38,286 bases of DNA from Candidatus Magasanikbacteria bacterium CG10_big_fil_rev_8_21_14_0_10_47_10 (GCA_002773135.1 PFCB01000021.1:961-39246), one strand, 5' to 3'. Shown: positions 17,938-27,458, counted from the stretch's first letter. The notes: generated by a model not told the origin, from the sequence alone. A program made the numbers and translations.

Positions 17938-18060
17938 CAAAGGATACCTGATACGGTATTTTTTTATTTTCCAATAGCGCCTATAACCATCACAACCGCC
18001 TCTTCGGCACAAATCAGTACTGACTGATGCTGTGTCAAGCGTTGGAAGTGAACCCAAGGG

Positions 18061-18546
18061 CTACGAATTACCAAATTGTTTAACTCTAAACCCCACAACA
18101 TCTTTGGCAAGCGCGGTAATATCTTCTTCTGTTGTTTTTCTGTGCTGTTTCAGTTCATTGCTTACATCCTGAATGCGCGCATCCGCGTGATCCACCCGAT
18201 CTGAAAGCGCGTGGACATCTTCTTTTGTCGCGCCAGTATCAATGATGAACTGCGTCATCTCTGTTATCTCTTCAAAACCTTTTTTCATATCCGCCTGCAT
18301 AGCGGCATTATCTTTGATAAAAGAAACAGTCTCTGTTAATCCGACAATTTCTCTATCTACGCAGTCAAATCGCACGTCAATTTTGTCGAACCGTTCGTCC
18401 ACCTGCGCAAAGCGCGCGTCCACTTTGTCGAACCGCTCGTCCACCTGCGCGAAACGCGCGTCCATGTCCTGCTGCATGGCAGCATTATCCTTAATAAAAA
18501 GAACGACCTCATAGATGTCGTCCAGTGTCGTTTGCTTCCCAAGCAT
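18061..18546 (-). CDS. Coiled-coil heptad-repeat protein
   Basis: AAGGAGG RBS before ATG 18546; DARFAQVDERFDK repeated; FIKDNAAMQ repeated. Confidence 0.75.
   Translation of the reverse strand: MLGKQTTLDDIYEVVLFIKDNAAMQQDMDARFAQVDERFDKVDARFAQVDERFDKIDVRFDCVDREIVGLTETVSFIKDNAAMQADMKKGFEEITEMTQFIIDTGATKEDVHALSDRVDHADARIQDVSNELKQHRKTTEEDITALAKDVVGFRVKQFGNS
18382..18465. repeat. 42-bp in-frame tandem duplication (2 copies)
   Basis: 18382-18423 and 18424-18465 are nearly identical (TTTGTCGAACCG.TCGTCCACCTGCGC.AA.CGCGCGTCCA). Confidence 0.85.
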
Positions 18547-18610
18547 ATATCCCTCCTTTACCTCGCCAAAGTCCGTGAGACACAGGCGGGCAATCATAAA
18601 TAATATTTCG

Positions 18611-18639
18611 ATCGTAACATCGCTTCTTTAGCATGTCAA
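18611..18639 (-). promoter_or_regulatory. sigma70 promoter of the coiled-coil gene
   Basis: TTGACA-17-TACGAT. Confidence 0.55.
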
Positions 18640-18654
18640 ATCGGCCAAAAAAAT

Positions 18655-19599
18655 CTATTTACCCAAGGTGGTAATCGGCCTACTTTGGGTAATATAGAAT
18701 GTGTCCCCTTCCATGGCCCATTCAATATCGCAGGGAAATCCATAGTGGTCTTCTATTTTTTTGCACAGCTCTGAGAGCTCGATAATCTTTCTGCCTGAGA
18801 GCTTTTGCGCGGCACCACGTTCATGAAGCGCTTCCCATTCATTTGATTCTCCTTTTTTTACCAGCCGTTTGTGTTGCTCAGAGACATTCACATCCAAGAG
18901 CATCATTTCCTTTTTATCAATAATGTAATTATCGGGCGTGACCTGGCCACTGACAATTGCTTCGCCCAGTCCAAGCGCGGCTTCAATAATCATTTGATTG
19001 TAATCTTCTGTGACCGGATGCACAGTGAACGCCACGCCGGAAACATCTGACTGAACCATTTTTTGTACCACCACCGCCACAGACACATAGCTATCATGCA
19101 AATTCTTTTCAAATCGGTAAAAAATAGCGCGCGGCGTAAACAACGAACTCCAGCATTTTTTTACATTCTCAAGCAAACTTTCTTTAGTGGTATTTAAGAA
19201 GGTGTCCAACTCCCCTGCCCAGCTGGCAATTTCGCTGTCCTCTGCCGTGGCGCTGGAACGAACCGCGACATATTCCGCGCCAAGCTGATCAAAGGCTGCC
19301 ATAAGATCAATGGCGAGATCCTCAGGCATTTTGGTGTCGTGGATGACGTCCCGCAAAATGCTGCTCGCGTTTTCCACGGATTTCATGTCATCCTGATTCA
19401 CCCGCGCAATCTGTGATTCGATTTCTTGCTTAAGATTGGTTTCTTCAATAAATCGATCAAACGCGTCCGCAAGTAACACAAAGCCGGGCGGAACCTGAAT
19501 ACCGGCTTGCGTCATTTCTCCCAATGACGCGCCCTTGCCACCGGCAATGGCCACATCGGATTTATTAATTTGTTCAAAGGGTCGGATGTACATACTCAT
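18655..19599 (-). CDS. Stand-alone PEP synthase/PPDK-type N-terminal ATP-grasp (nucleotide-binding) protein
   Basis: GGKGASLGE, VPPGF, VAVRSSATAED, SWAG, VVVQKM, SGVAFT, GLGEAIVSG.VTPD, DIEWA, QSRPITT, then stop. No His domain and no pyruvate-binding barrel. Confidence 0.92.
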   Translation of the reverse strand: MSMYIRPFEQINKSDVAIAGGKGASLGEMTQAGIQVPPGFVLLADAFDRFIEETNLKQEIESQIARVNQDDMKSVENASSILRDVIHDTKMPEDLAIDLMAAFDQLGAEYVAVRSSATAEDSEIASWAGELDTFLNTTKESLLENVKKCWSSLFTPRAIFYRFEKNLHDSYVSVAVVVQKMVQSDVSGVAFTVHPVTEDYNQMIIEAALGLGEAIVSGQVTPDNYIIDKKEMMLLDVNVSEQHKRLVKKGESNEWEALHERGAAQKLSGRKIIELSELCKKIEDHYGFPCDIEWAMEGDTFYITQSRPITTLGK

Positions 19600-20978
19600 A
19601 TTTTTCTTACTATACCACTTTCACCGTCAACTTCCACAAGGTCGCCGTCTTTCAAAAGTGATGTAGCATTCCCTGCACCAATTATACACGGCTTCCCAAG
19701 TTCACGCGCTATAATAGCCGCGTGGCAGGTAATGCCGCCCTCGTCTGTGACAATTGCACATGCTTTTTTCATGACAGTCAAGAATTCAGGATGAGTCATG
19801 GTTGTCACCAACACATCGCCTTCCTTGAAACGACTAAATTCACCCCTATGGTAAACAATCGAAACCGGACCTATTGCACTTCCTGCGCTTGCTCCTTTCC
19901 CCACAATCACATTTCCTTCTTTTGGTTTGGGTAATCCAAATTCATCGGAAATATCTCTATCATACACATCCACATGCCCACCTTTCATCACAAAGGAAAA
20001 CATCTTTTGCCGACTATTTGCCACATCTGTCCACTTCTGATGGTCTTTTGTCTCAAGAAGTTCGACCAATTCTCTATCGATCAAATAATTGAGCTGTCTT
20101 GCCGTTAATTTTGTTCTCGACGCCATCTCGTGCCAAAAAGGCCGAAATGCAAAATAATATGGACGGCGATATCCGTCACGCGTTTCCTTTAGATACGCAA
20201 ACATGTGAGTGACCTCAACAAGATCGCGGAAGGACGGATCTTCAATTGATGACAAAAATTGATCATATACTCTGAGTTGATCCCCCTGCGCCTGTTCTAT
20301 GGCCGCTCGTTCACCGCGCGCATCTTCAATATGCTCCATTTCGTGTTTTACTTCATCGATTGTAAGCGGCGTGTCCACAAACTCATACATTGGCAGCCAT
20401 GCGTATTTATGTATATAGACTAGAAGGTCCTCGTCTGAAACGTGTCCGTCCACAACCATGTGAAGCAGCTCAAGCCGCGCCTGGGTTAATTTTGTCTGTC
20501 TGTATGGGGTTGATATAGATTGCAAAATCGCTTGTGCACCGCTATATTCTTTTTCAATTCTCTGCTCAACCATTTTTGTAGGTCCTTCCAGCGCCAAAAA
20601 TGCCAAAAACTGGAGTTGCCCAAAATCCGCAAGCTTATCTGAAAAAACATTCACAAAATCAATCAATTCACTATCAGTTTTTTCCTTCCAATCTTGCGCG
20701 GTTACTTTCAGCGCCCACTGCAAGTGATTATCAAGAGCGCGTTCATAGCCGGCGGCGTACGTTTTTCTGTCTTGCGCCAATACATCTGCGGTAAATATCT
20801 TCAACAACTCTTCAAATTGATCGCGCAAAAAATAGACCGCCTGCAAGCGCCCTTCCGGCACATACAGCTTGTCTGTCACAATGTTAAATGGCGACCCCAA
20901 CGTAAACGCGCGCAAGTATGACTGCGCGATAAATGGTGCATATGTTCGTGCCCAAAGTCGGGTCCATTTCTGTTTCAT
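19596..20978 (-). CDS. Phospho-His swivel-domain protein, paralog F (460 aa)
   Basis: C-terminal GDVLVT.MT.P, IVTDEGGITCHAAIIARELGKPCIIG, DGDLVEVDG; ATGA overlaps on both sides. Confidence 0.9.
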   Translation of the reverse strand: MKQKWTRLWARTYAPFIAQSYLRAFTLGSPFNIVTDKLYVPEGRLQAVYFLRDQFEELLKIFTADVLAQDRKTYAAGYERALDNHLQWALKVTAQDWKEKTDSELIDFVNVFSDKLADFGQLQFLAFLALEGPTKMVEQRIEKEYSGAQAILQSISTPYRQTKLTQARLELLHMVVDGHVSDEDLLVYIHKYAWLPMYEFVDTPLTIDEVKHEMEHIEDARGERAAIEQAQGDQLRVYDQFLSSIEDPSFRDLVEVTHMFAYLKETRDGYRRPYYFAFRPFWHEMASRTKLTARQLNYLIDRELVELLETKDHQKWTDVANSRQKMFSFVMKGGHVDVYDRDISDEFGLPKPKEGNVIVGKGASAGSAIGPVSIVYHRGEFSRFKEGDVLVTTMTHPEFLTVMKKACAIVTDEGGITCHAAIIARELGKPCIIGAGNATSLLKDGDLVEVDGESGIVRKI

Positions 20979-22402
20979 AGTTTTCTCACTATACCCCTAT
21001 TCGCATCGACTTCTACGGTGTCGCCGTCTTTCAGTGCTGTCGTCCCATTCCCAGTCGCGACTATACAGGGAATCCCCAGCTCGCGAGAAATAATAGCGGC
21101 ATGACAGGTCACGCTTCCTTCATCAGTCACAATGGCCGAAACCTTTCTTAAATATGGCACAAAATCCTGCCGTGTCATTGCAGTCACTAACACATCGCCT
21201 TTTTCTACTTTACCAAGATCTTTGTTTGTGAAGATAATTTTTACTTGCCCAGTTGCCGTTCCTTTTGATCCTGTTTTGCCTTTTACATCATGCGATCCGG
21301 TTTGCACTGCGCTGATTTCCTGCTTTGCTTTTTCTGTTGCTTGCTCACCCGAAAAAATATGATATTCATCTTCTTTTTGAATCAACAGGTATGCTTCTTC
21401 TCGCATTTTTATTTCTTCTGCATCAAATGCTTTACCGATTTGCAAGCAGGATGCGATTTCTGCGTTTGTCAGCAAAGCGATCTGTTCAACGGATAGCCCG
21501 ATTCGTTTACCAACCTCTGTATAAAACGTACGGAGTTGCAGATTCAACTTCTGCCGAATCATATCTCTGTAATCTCGCAAACATACGTTTTCTTTGAGGA
21601 ATGCGAGGAGTGCTTCCAGACGTTCATTTAAATTCGTTTGGTCTATAAAAGTCCGGTAGTGTTGTTTCGATTGTGCAAAACCCGCCTTAATTTTGTCCAA
21701 TTCTGTTTGCGGATCGTCTATCTGTTCCATTTCATCCAAAAAATGCTGCACCGAGTACGGCGCGTGATCAAAATCGAACAACGGAATGTGTTTATATTTG
21801 TCTGTATGCGCCACAATTCGCTGCCGCTTTTGCGTGTCATCCAATGAATCCCAATCTACTGCAACGGTAAGCAAGTCAATGCGTTCCTGTGTCACATCAT
21901 TTGGTTCAAGTGGCGATGAAAGTTGCAGCAACGCATCGCGCCGCTGATCCACATCGTTAATTACCTGTGTCAATTCGTTGTCTACCACTTCCGCCAACGG
22001 CGCACCAATGTTAAATACCGTCCACATGCGAACATAAAATTGTTCCACGTTTGGATGGACTATGTCTTCATACAAATTCAGCAATTCTTCATTTGTCAGT
22101 GAACCAAATTGCACGTCTGAAAATGCTCCTGTCATTTTTTCAAGAATGGATTCCATGACCGCTTGAGCATTAACATGAAAATTATTGAGAAACGTATTGT
22201 CTTCCAACTTCTGAAATAAACCTGCGACATATGCTTCATGTTGTTCCCTATCCACCCAATACTCTGTTTTCTTGTCGTCTTTATATACAAGAGTATTCAT
22301 CACAGACAGACCATATACCTCTTGCATGGCCTTTCCAAACCCAACATTCCAGGCTTGGGCTACCTGGACTGCCAGTCTGCGGGTAATGTACTTTTTCCAC
22401 AT
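20975..22402 (-). CDS. Phospho-His swivel-domain protein, paralog E (475 aa)
   Basis: IVTDEGSVTCHAAIISRELGIPCIV, DGDTVEVDA; helical N-terminal region. Confidence 0.9.
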   Translation of the reverse strand: MWKKYITRRLAVQVAQAWNVGFGKAMQEVYGLSVMNTLVYKDDKKTEYWVDREQHEAYVAGLFQKLEDNTFLNNFHVNAQAVMESILEKMTGAFSDVQFGSLTNEELLNLYEDIVHPNVEQFYVRMWTVFNIGAPLAEVVDNELTQVINDVDQRRDALLQLSSPLEPNDVTQERIDLLTVAVDWDSLDDTQKRQRIVAHTDKYKHIPLFDFDHAPYSVQHFLDEMEQIDDPQTELDKIKAGFAQSKQHYRTFIDQTNLNERLEALLAFLKENVCLRDYRDMIRQKLNLQLRTFYTEVGKRIGLSVEQIALLTNAEIASCLQIGKAFDAEEIKMREEAYLLIQKEDEYHIFSGEQATEKAKQEISAVQTGSHDVKGKTGSKGTATGQVKIIFTNKDLGKVEKGDVLVTAMTRQDFVPYLRKVSAIVTDEGSVTCHAAIISRELGIPCIVATGNGTTALKDGDTVEVDANRGIVRKL

Positions 22403-22441
22403 AGGTAAAACTACGCTAATTTAAGCCTAAATCCATATACC

Positions 22442-22487
22442 AGTATAGCCACAAGGGCTTGACAAAAGCAAGGTTTTGTGCTATTGT
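22442..22487. promoter_or_regulatory. Overlapping divergent sigma70 promoters
   Basis: Plus strand: TTGACA(22459)-17-TATTGT with TGn extension. Minus strand: TTGCTT-18-TATACT(22442-22447) ahead of paralog E. Confidence 0.5.
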
Positions 22488-22623
22488 ATGCAGTCAATTC
22501 AGTGTAATAATTCTGCTAAAACAAGCCACTTTTCGGTTCACCGTATCAGAGAATATTCCACAAGAGTCTTCTCTAATGCCGCGAACTGAATGCGGCAGAG
22601 ACCCCACCCAACAGGAGGTGAAC

Positions 22624-23271
22624 GTGGGGACCGACAAGACCGTGACCGTCGTCGTGATGCGCCACCCGCAGAAGACGGGACGTTCGGCCGACGCCATCAC
22701 CGCCTTCGGCGCCCAGCAGGCGTTCGCGGCGGCCCAGGCCCTGGCCGAGCGCTTCGACAACATCGGCATGCTGTTCTTCAGCGGGGCGAAGCGCACGCTG
22801 CAGACGGCCCAGATCATCGAGGCGGCGCTCCTGCTCAACGCGGAGCCGCCGATCACGATGCGCGGCTTCCACTTCGATGTCGTGTTCGACCAGTGCTTCC
22901 CCGGCGAGGCCGGGCGCTCCTACTTCTTCGAGCAGCTCGATGCGCTGAAGAGCGAGCACCACGACGCCCCCAAGCTCAGCCACGCGCTGGCGCTCAAGAA
23001 CGAGCTGGGCGTGTACGCGCGCATGGGGCGCGAAGCCGTGACCACGGCCCTCGCCGAGGTCGCGGACATCCTCGACCAGGAGAAGTGCGACACCGGCCTG
23101 GTGGTCTCGCACTCGCCGTGGACCGAGCTCGCCTCCCTCCACCCGGAGGAGACGCCGTTCGGCCTCGGCGAGGCCGACGCCGTCGCCTACACGCTCGAGG
23201 CCGACGCCGACGGATGGTACATCGCGTCCAGCGAGCTCATCCGCGCGCCGCTCGAGGGCAAGCCCCTCTAG
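22624..23271 (+). CDS. Histidine phosphatase superfamily-like protein (very GC-rich gene inside the array)
   Basis: AGGAGG then GTG at 22624; VVMRHPQK, ITAFGAQQA, FSGAKRTLQTA, LVVSHSP motifs; nearly all third positions G/C. Confidence 0.72.
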   Translation: MGTDKTVTVVVMRHPQKTGRSADAITAFGAQQAFAAAQALAERFDNIGMLFFSGAKRTLQTAQIIEAALLLNAEPPITMRGFHFDVVFDQCFPGEAGRSYFFEQLDALKSEHHDAPKLSHALALKNELGVYARMGREAVTTALAEVADILDQEKCDTGLVVSHSPWTELASLHPEETPFGLGEADAVAYTLEADADGWYIASSELIRAPLEGKPL

Positions 23272-23442
23272 AGCGCGCGCACCTGTCCCGGCGACCGTCG
23301 GGACAGAAGACAACCCCAACGACACCGACACTGTCGGTCCGCGCTTCACGCGCTGACCGGCGAACCACAACCATTGCGGCCGTGAGCACCTTGCTCGCGG
23401 CCCCAACTGATAAAGTTATAACTCGGTTGTAGCATTATCTCA

Positions 23443-23484
23443 AAAAAGATCCCCCATTGCTCGCGAGCGTCGGGGGATCTTTTT
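23443..23484. terminator. Bidirectional Rho-independent terminator
   Basis: AAAAAGATCCCCC...GGGGGATCTTTTT between convergent genes. Confidence 0.85.
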
Positions 23485-24541
23485 ATTTCACTTTTTTTAC
23501 TATGCCATTATCCGCGTCAACTTCCACCATATCCCCGTCCTTGAACACCCTAGTAGCAATTTTGGTGCCAATGACACACGGCTTCTGCATCTCCCTGGCA
23601 ACAATGGCGGCGTGACACAAAATGCCACCGCCATCTGTCACAAAGGCGGATGCTTTTTTCATCAACGGTAAAAATTCCGGGCGAGTCATGCCGGATACCA
23701 AAATATCGCCCTCTCCAAACGCGGTATCCGGAGTCGGATCAAATACGACACGTACCTTTCCGCGCACAACGCCCTTGTACGCTACCTGACCTTTCAGCTG
23801 TTCCGGATCATCCTTTCCCAAAATTATTTGTTCCACATTTTTTGCATCCTCATTCAAAAACACCTCCGTGCTCTTTTCGTCAAAAACCAACGCACTCAGC
23901 CCATATCTATTCTGCAATATTTCTTCATCCGGAAGCTTGCCACCCTTTAAATAAGCTACAAATTCTTCAGATATTGTCGCCAGTATAGACGCAGGCATGT
24001 ATCCTTCTTTTTCACCAACGATCTTTGCCAATGTCTCTAAATAGTCCTCATATCTTCTGTATACAGGCTCGGCATACAATCGTGCATCTTCCAACGGCTC
24101 CATATATTTGGTTAATTCTGATTCCGTCATAACGTCCGGCAAATTCTTGACAAATACATGCATCGGATAATATGAATAAAACCTATCTACAAAATTTTGA
24201 AACTGATCCACTGTAATATCTTTCCCTTCATCTCTGTCAATAAGGGATAAAAAGGCGTCGGTTTCATCTTTTAATGCGCTACAAATTTCTGTTATTGAAA
24301 AATCTCCACTTTGAATATGTTCTTTTACGTCATTGGCAAACTTCCGCCTATCTGTTTCTCTTATACATGTCGTTGTTAATCCATCTCTAAAAAGAAACAC
24401 GGCTCGCGACACAAATCGCTCTATCATCTGAGCATATGGGCGACGCATATACGACTGTCCAGCATAGGAGTCACTCAGCAAACTCCATCGGCCTGCCCAG
24501 TACACCATCCAATCATCTGCGCGTAATTCTTCTATAGACAT
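23483..24541 (-). CDS. Phospho-His swivel-domain protein, paralog D (352 aa, short form)
   Basis: FVTDGGGILCHAAIVAREMQKPCVIGTKIAT, DGDMVEVDA. Confidence 0.9.
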   Translation of the reverse strand: MSIEELRADDWMVYWAGRWSLLSDSYAGQSYMRRPYAQMIERFVSRAVFLFRDGLTTTCIRETDRRKFANDVKEHIQSGDFSITEICSALKDETDAFLSLIDRDEGKDITVDQFQNFVDRFYSYYPMHVFVKNLPDVMTESELTKYMEPLEDARLYAEPVYRRYEDYLETLAKIVGEKEGYMPASILATISEEFVAYLKGGKLPDEEILQNRYGLSALVFDEKSTEVFLNEDAKNVEQIILGKDDPEQLKGQVAYKGVVRGKVRVVFDPTPDTAFGEGDILVSGMTRPEFLPLMKKASAFVTDGGGILCHAAIVAREMQKPCVIGTKIATRVFKDGDMVEVDADNGIVKKVK

Positions 24542-24547
24542 ATTTTT

Positions 24548-26008
24548 TTATATTATTTTCTTTACAACTCCATTATCCGCGTCCACTTCAATCCTGTCCC
24601 CATCCTTCAAAAACTTGGTCGCTTTTTTTACGCCAATAACACAGGGTATGCCAAGCTCACGCGCGACAATAGCCGCGTGGCATGTGATACCACCTATCTC
24701 CGCGACAATGGCACGGGCTTTTTTCATGGCCGGGACAAAACGCGGGTCTGTCATATGTGATACCAAGATGGCGTCCTGCTCCATTGTTCCAATATCTTTT
24801 GGATCGACGATGATACAAACTTCTCCGCGTGCACTCCCGGGTGACCCACAATCGCCGGACAATTCATCCGGCAGCGTATCAAAGCCGGTAATATCTTCCA
24901 GGGCGGCAAGATACTCTCTTGCGATAGGCCCAGGTTCCTCCTGCATTGTACCCTCTTTAATAAAAATTACATCCTGTGTCCATCTCGCGTTCAATTGGTT
25001 TTCATCAAACCGGCCATGGAGTAACAAATCTTCCATCTCTGGTGGCAGGACCGCCTGCAACTGTCTTACACTTAAATGTTTACGCCGACCGATTTCTCTA
25101 AAATACGGCTCCATTGACCAATAATATTGATGTGATACATCCACGCGATATGCTTTCAGGCGAATGATATCTTCAACAAAACCGGCAAATGCCAATGTTT
25201 TTTCTGAAAAAGAATACTCTTTCTTCACTTCCCGTTTCTTTGCCTCGACATCCAGCGCGTACGCGTCTTCAGATTTCACGAACGAACGCGATCTCTCTCT
25301 ATCGCCCTCCAACAATTCCAAACGATCTTGATAATACGATATATCGTACGGCGGACCTGCCCAACCATAGCCCATCCATTGGTATTTTTTCCAATGATCT
25401 TCAACAGACGCTGACGAGTCCCCAGTCGCGATCTTCAAAAGATCCTGTTCTTCCGCTTGCATAAAACTGTATCGCGGTGATGTTGTCAGCACCATTAACA
25501 CAGACTGAACACGGCTTTGTGGAACACCATCTTCCAGCAACGAATTTTTTAGCAATGGCATGAGCAGCGAATTTTCATGTTCCAAATAATTCACGGCTTG
25601 ACCCAGAACCCACAGTGGCTCATGAATAGCGTACGTTTTTTTATACCACTCAAACAGTCCCCTATCCGTTAGTGCCGCAACCGTCTGCTCGCGCATACGC
25701 GAACTTGCCTGAAGCAACTCATCCGCGTATGTATCAATTCTTTGCAAAATGTTTCTCATTATCGAGGGATCTTCTTTGATCCTTTCAAGCAATCGACGTC
25801 CTGCCTGCATAAATTCATTGCTTTCAAAATACATATGCAGCTCACCGTCTACAAACAAAAAAAGCACATTCCGCACAATTTCACCGACTTCAGGCTCTAA
25901 TTTTTCGGCAAAGGCAATAATTGGCGACCATACAAACCATGGCGCGCAATCAGGCACGTCTTCAAACAAGGCCCAGGCATGCTTGTCTAGCCAGTGTGTA
26001 TCTATCAT
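24548..26008 (-). CDS. Phospho-His swivel-domain protein, paralog C (486 aa)
   Basis: IVAEIGGITCHAAIVARELGIPCVIG, DGDRIEVDA. Confidence 0.9.
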   Translation of the reverse strand: MIDTHWLDKHAWALFEDVPDCAPWFVWSPIIAFAEKLEPEVGEIVRNVLFLFVDGELHMYFESNEFMQAGRRLLERIKEDPSIMRNILQRIDTYADELLQASSRMREQTVAALTDRGLFEWYKKTYAIHEPLWVLGQAVNYLEHENSLLMPLLKNSLLEDGVPQSRVQSVLMVLTTSPRYSFMQAEEQDLLKIATGDSSASVEDHWKKYQWMGYGWAGPPYDISYYQDRLELLEGDRERSRSFVKSEDAYALDVEAKKREVKKEYSFSEKTLAFAGFVEDIIRLKAYRVDVSHQYYWSMEPYFREIGRRKHLSVRQLQAVLPPEMEDLLLHGRFDENQLNARWTQDVIFIKEGTMQEEPGPIAREYLAALEDITGFDTLPDELSGDCGSPGSARGEVCIIVDPKDIGTMEQDAILVSHMTDPRFVPAMKKARAIVAEIGGITCHAAIVARELGIPCVIGVKKATKFLKDGDRIEVDADNGVVKKII

Positions 26009-27450
26009 AGTTTCCTCACTATACCATTATCCGCGTCAACTTCCACAAGGTCGCCGTCTTTCAAAACCTTGGTCGCGATCTTTGTGCCGATGACGCAGGG
26101 CGTACGCAATTCACGCGCAACGATAGCCGCGTGGCAGGTTAGCCCACCTTGGTTCGTCACAAAGGCAGCGGCTTTTTTCATAATGGGCAATAAAGTCGGA
26201 TCTGTCACATTTGAGATCAATACGTCCCCATCTTTGAATTTCTCCATTTCCTTTGCCATATTCACAATCTTTGCCGGACCTGTCACCTTTCCTGGATATG
26301 CCACTTCTCCTTTCAGCTCATTTGTCTGTTCAACGGCGGGTAGCTGCTGAACCATAGGCGCAGCAAAAGAGCGAGCCTGGTCACCAATCAGCAGATAAAA
26401 ATCTTCTCCATCAAAATATTGGATCGAGTATTTTCTAATTTCATTTATTCGCTCAATATCAAATTCCCCTTTTCGCAGCATTTCAATGATCCAGTCAGGA
26501 TAGAGCGCATACAACTGGCCCAATGAAAGGAAATGATCGCGCGCGATTTTTTGCAATATGGGTTGACTTGCTTCATAACTCAAAAACAACGCGTCCATTC
26601 GATGTGCTTTGATATATAAGAGCTCTTCTAATTTTCGGAACAATCGGACAATATCGGCAGGCATCTTCGTTTCACTGATCCACCGCTTTTTTTCACTCGT
26701 CAACGCTTCATCTTGCGCAATGAAATTCTCAAAAAGTTGCTTCGCGTTCCCTTCGTTATATAAACCGGCATGGATTTGTTCAAAATACTCACGAGAGAGA
26801 GATGGCCCGGTCCATCCGAAATGCAGCCACGAATATGTTTCCCAGTGCTGTGTGAGCTTCTCTCCTGGATCCTTTTCTTGCGCTAAACGCAACATGTCAC
26901 GCTCCTCTCGCTGCGCCATTGAAAGTTCACGCGGTGTGGCGAGTGTCTGAAACGCCTCCGTCACCCGTTCATCCGGAAGGCCTTGCTGCTTGAGCCAGTT
27001 TTCAAGGTAATCTTTAAGAAAGGTATTTTCCAACTCCAAAAGGTTTGGGACTTGCCCCAGGGAAAAAACCGGATGATGTTTTTTATGATATGCATCTAAA
27101 TATGAAATTAACTCTTCGGCATCACACTGAGAAAAATCAACCTTTTTCAACTCCTGCGAGTAGGCAGCCAGGTCATCTGCAGCCTTGCGCAAATCTCTAT
27201 TCACACTGGTGAGCTTCTCCGGATCAGCAAGGACATCATTCAGATAGCGCTCACCAAGCTCGGTCCACTCAGAACGAGACATGTAGATACGCTGGACATT
27301 GCCTTCCAATTCACCGACCACCTGTGACAGTCCATAGCCGAGACGCTCATGGATAGTACGCGCCACCCCAGTCATATAGCAGCTTTGGAACCAGGCAACA
27401 TCAAACCATTCTCCAAACATGAATGGGTTTTGCATTTGTAGTGGCTTCAT
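26005..27450 (-). CDS. Phospho-His swivel-domain protein, paralog B (481 aa)
   Basis: FVTNQGGLTCHAAIVARELRTPCVIGTKIAT, DGDLVEVDA. Confidence 0.9.
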   Translation of the reverse strand: MKPLQMQNPFMFGEWFDVAWFQSCYMTGVARTIHERLGYGLSQVVGELEGNVQRIYMSRSEWTELGERYLNDVLADPEKLTSVNRDLRKAADDLAAYSQELKKVDFSQCDAEELISYLDAYHKKHHPVFSLGQVPNLLELENTFLKDYLENWLKQQGLPDERVTEAFQTLATPRELSMAQREERDMLRLAQEKDPGEKLTQHWETYSWLHFGWTGPSLSREYFEQIHAGLYNEGNAKQLFENFIAQDEALTSEKKRWISETKMPADIVRLFRKLEELLYIKAHRMDALFLSYEASQPILQKIARDHFLSLGQLYALYPDWIIEMLRKGEFDIERINEIRKYSIQYFDGEDFYLLIGDQARSFAAPMVQQLPAVEQTNELKGEVAYPGKVTGPAKIVNMAKEMEKFKDGDVLISNVTDPTLLPIMKKAAAFVTNQGGLTCHAAIVARELRTPCVIGTKIATKVLKDGDLVEVDADNGIVRKL

Positions 27451-27458
27451 AACGATAT

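Noticed and set aside
17159-17974. Several overlapping ORFs in the first GC-rich island
   Set aside because: Same shadow-ORF effect; only 17118-17885 has a promoter, an RBS and motifs.
18382-18465. Possible CRISPR repeats
   Set aside because: Two adjacent in-frame copies without spacers inside a CDS, and no cas genes.
18655-20978. Calling the locus ppsA (PEP synthase) or a frameshifted ppsA pseudogene
   Set aside because: The His-domain gene precedes the ATP-grasp gene, both have clean starts and stops with an ATGA overlap, and no pyruvate-binding barrel is present.
22459-22623. N-terminal extension of the phosphatase-like ORF given by the track
   Set aside because: The track's TTG start is the -35 box itself, the region is mostly AT-rich, and the RBS points to GTG 22624.
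22573-23432. Long alternative ORFs (277 aa on minus, 280 aa on plus) over the GC-rich gene
   Set aside because: Typical shadow ORFs of high-GC3 coding DNA: Arg/Ala/Gly-rich, no motifs and no RBS. The 22624 frame has the RBS and the phosphatase motifs.
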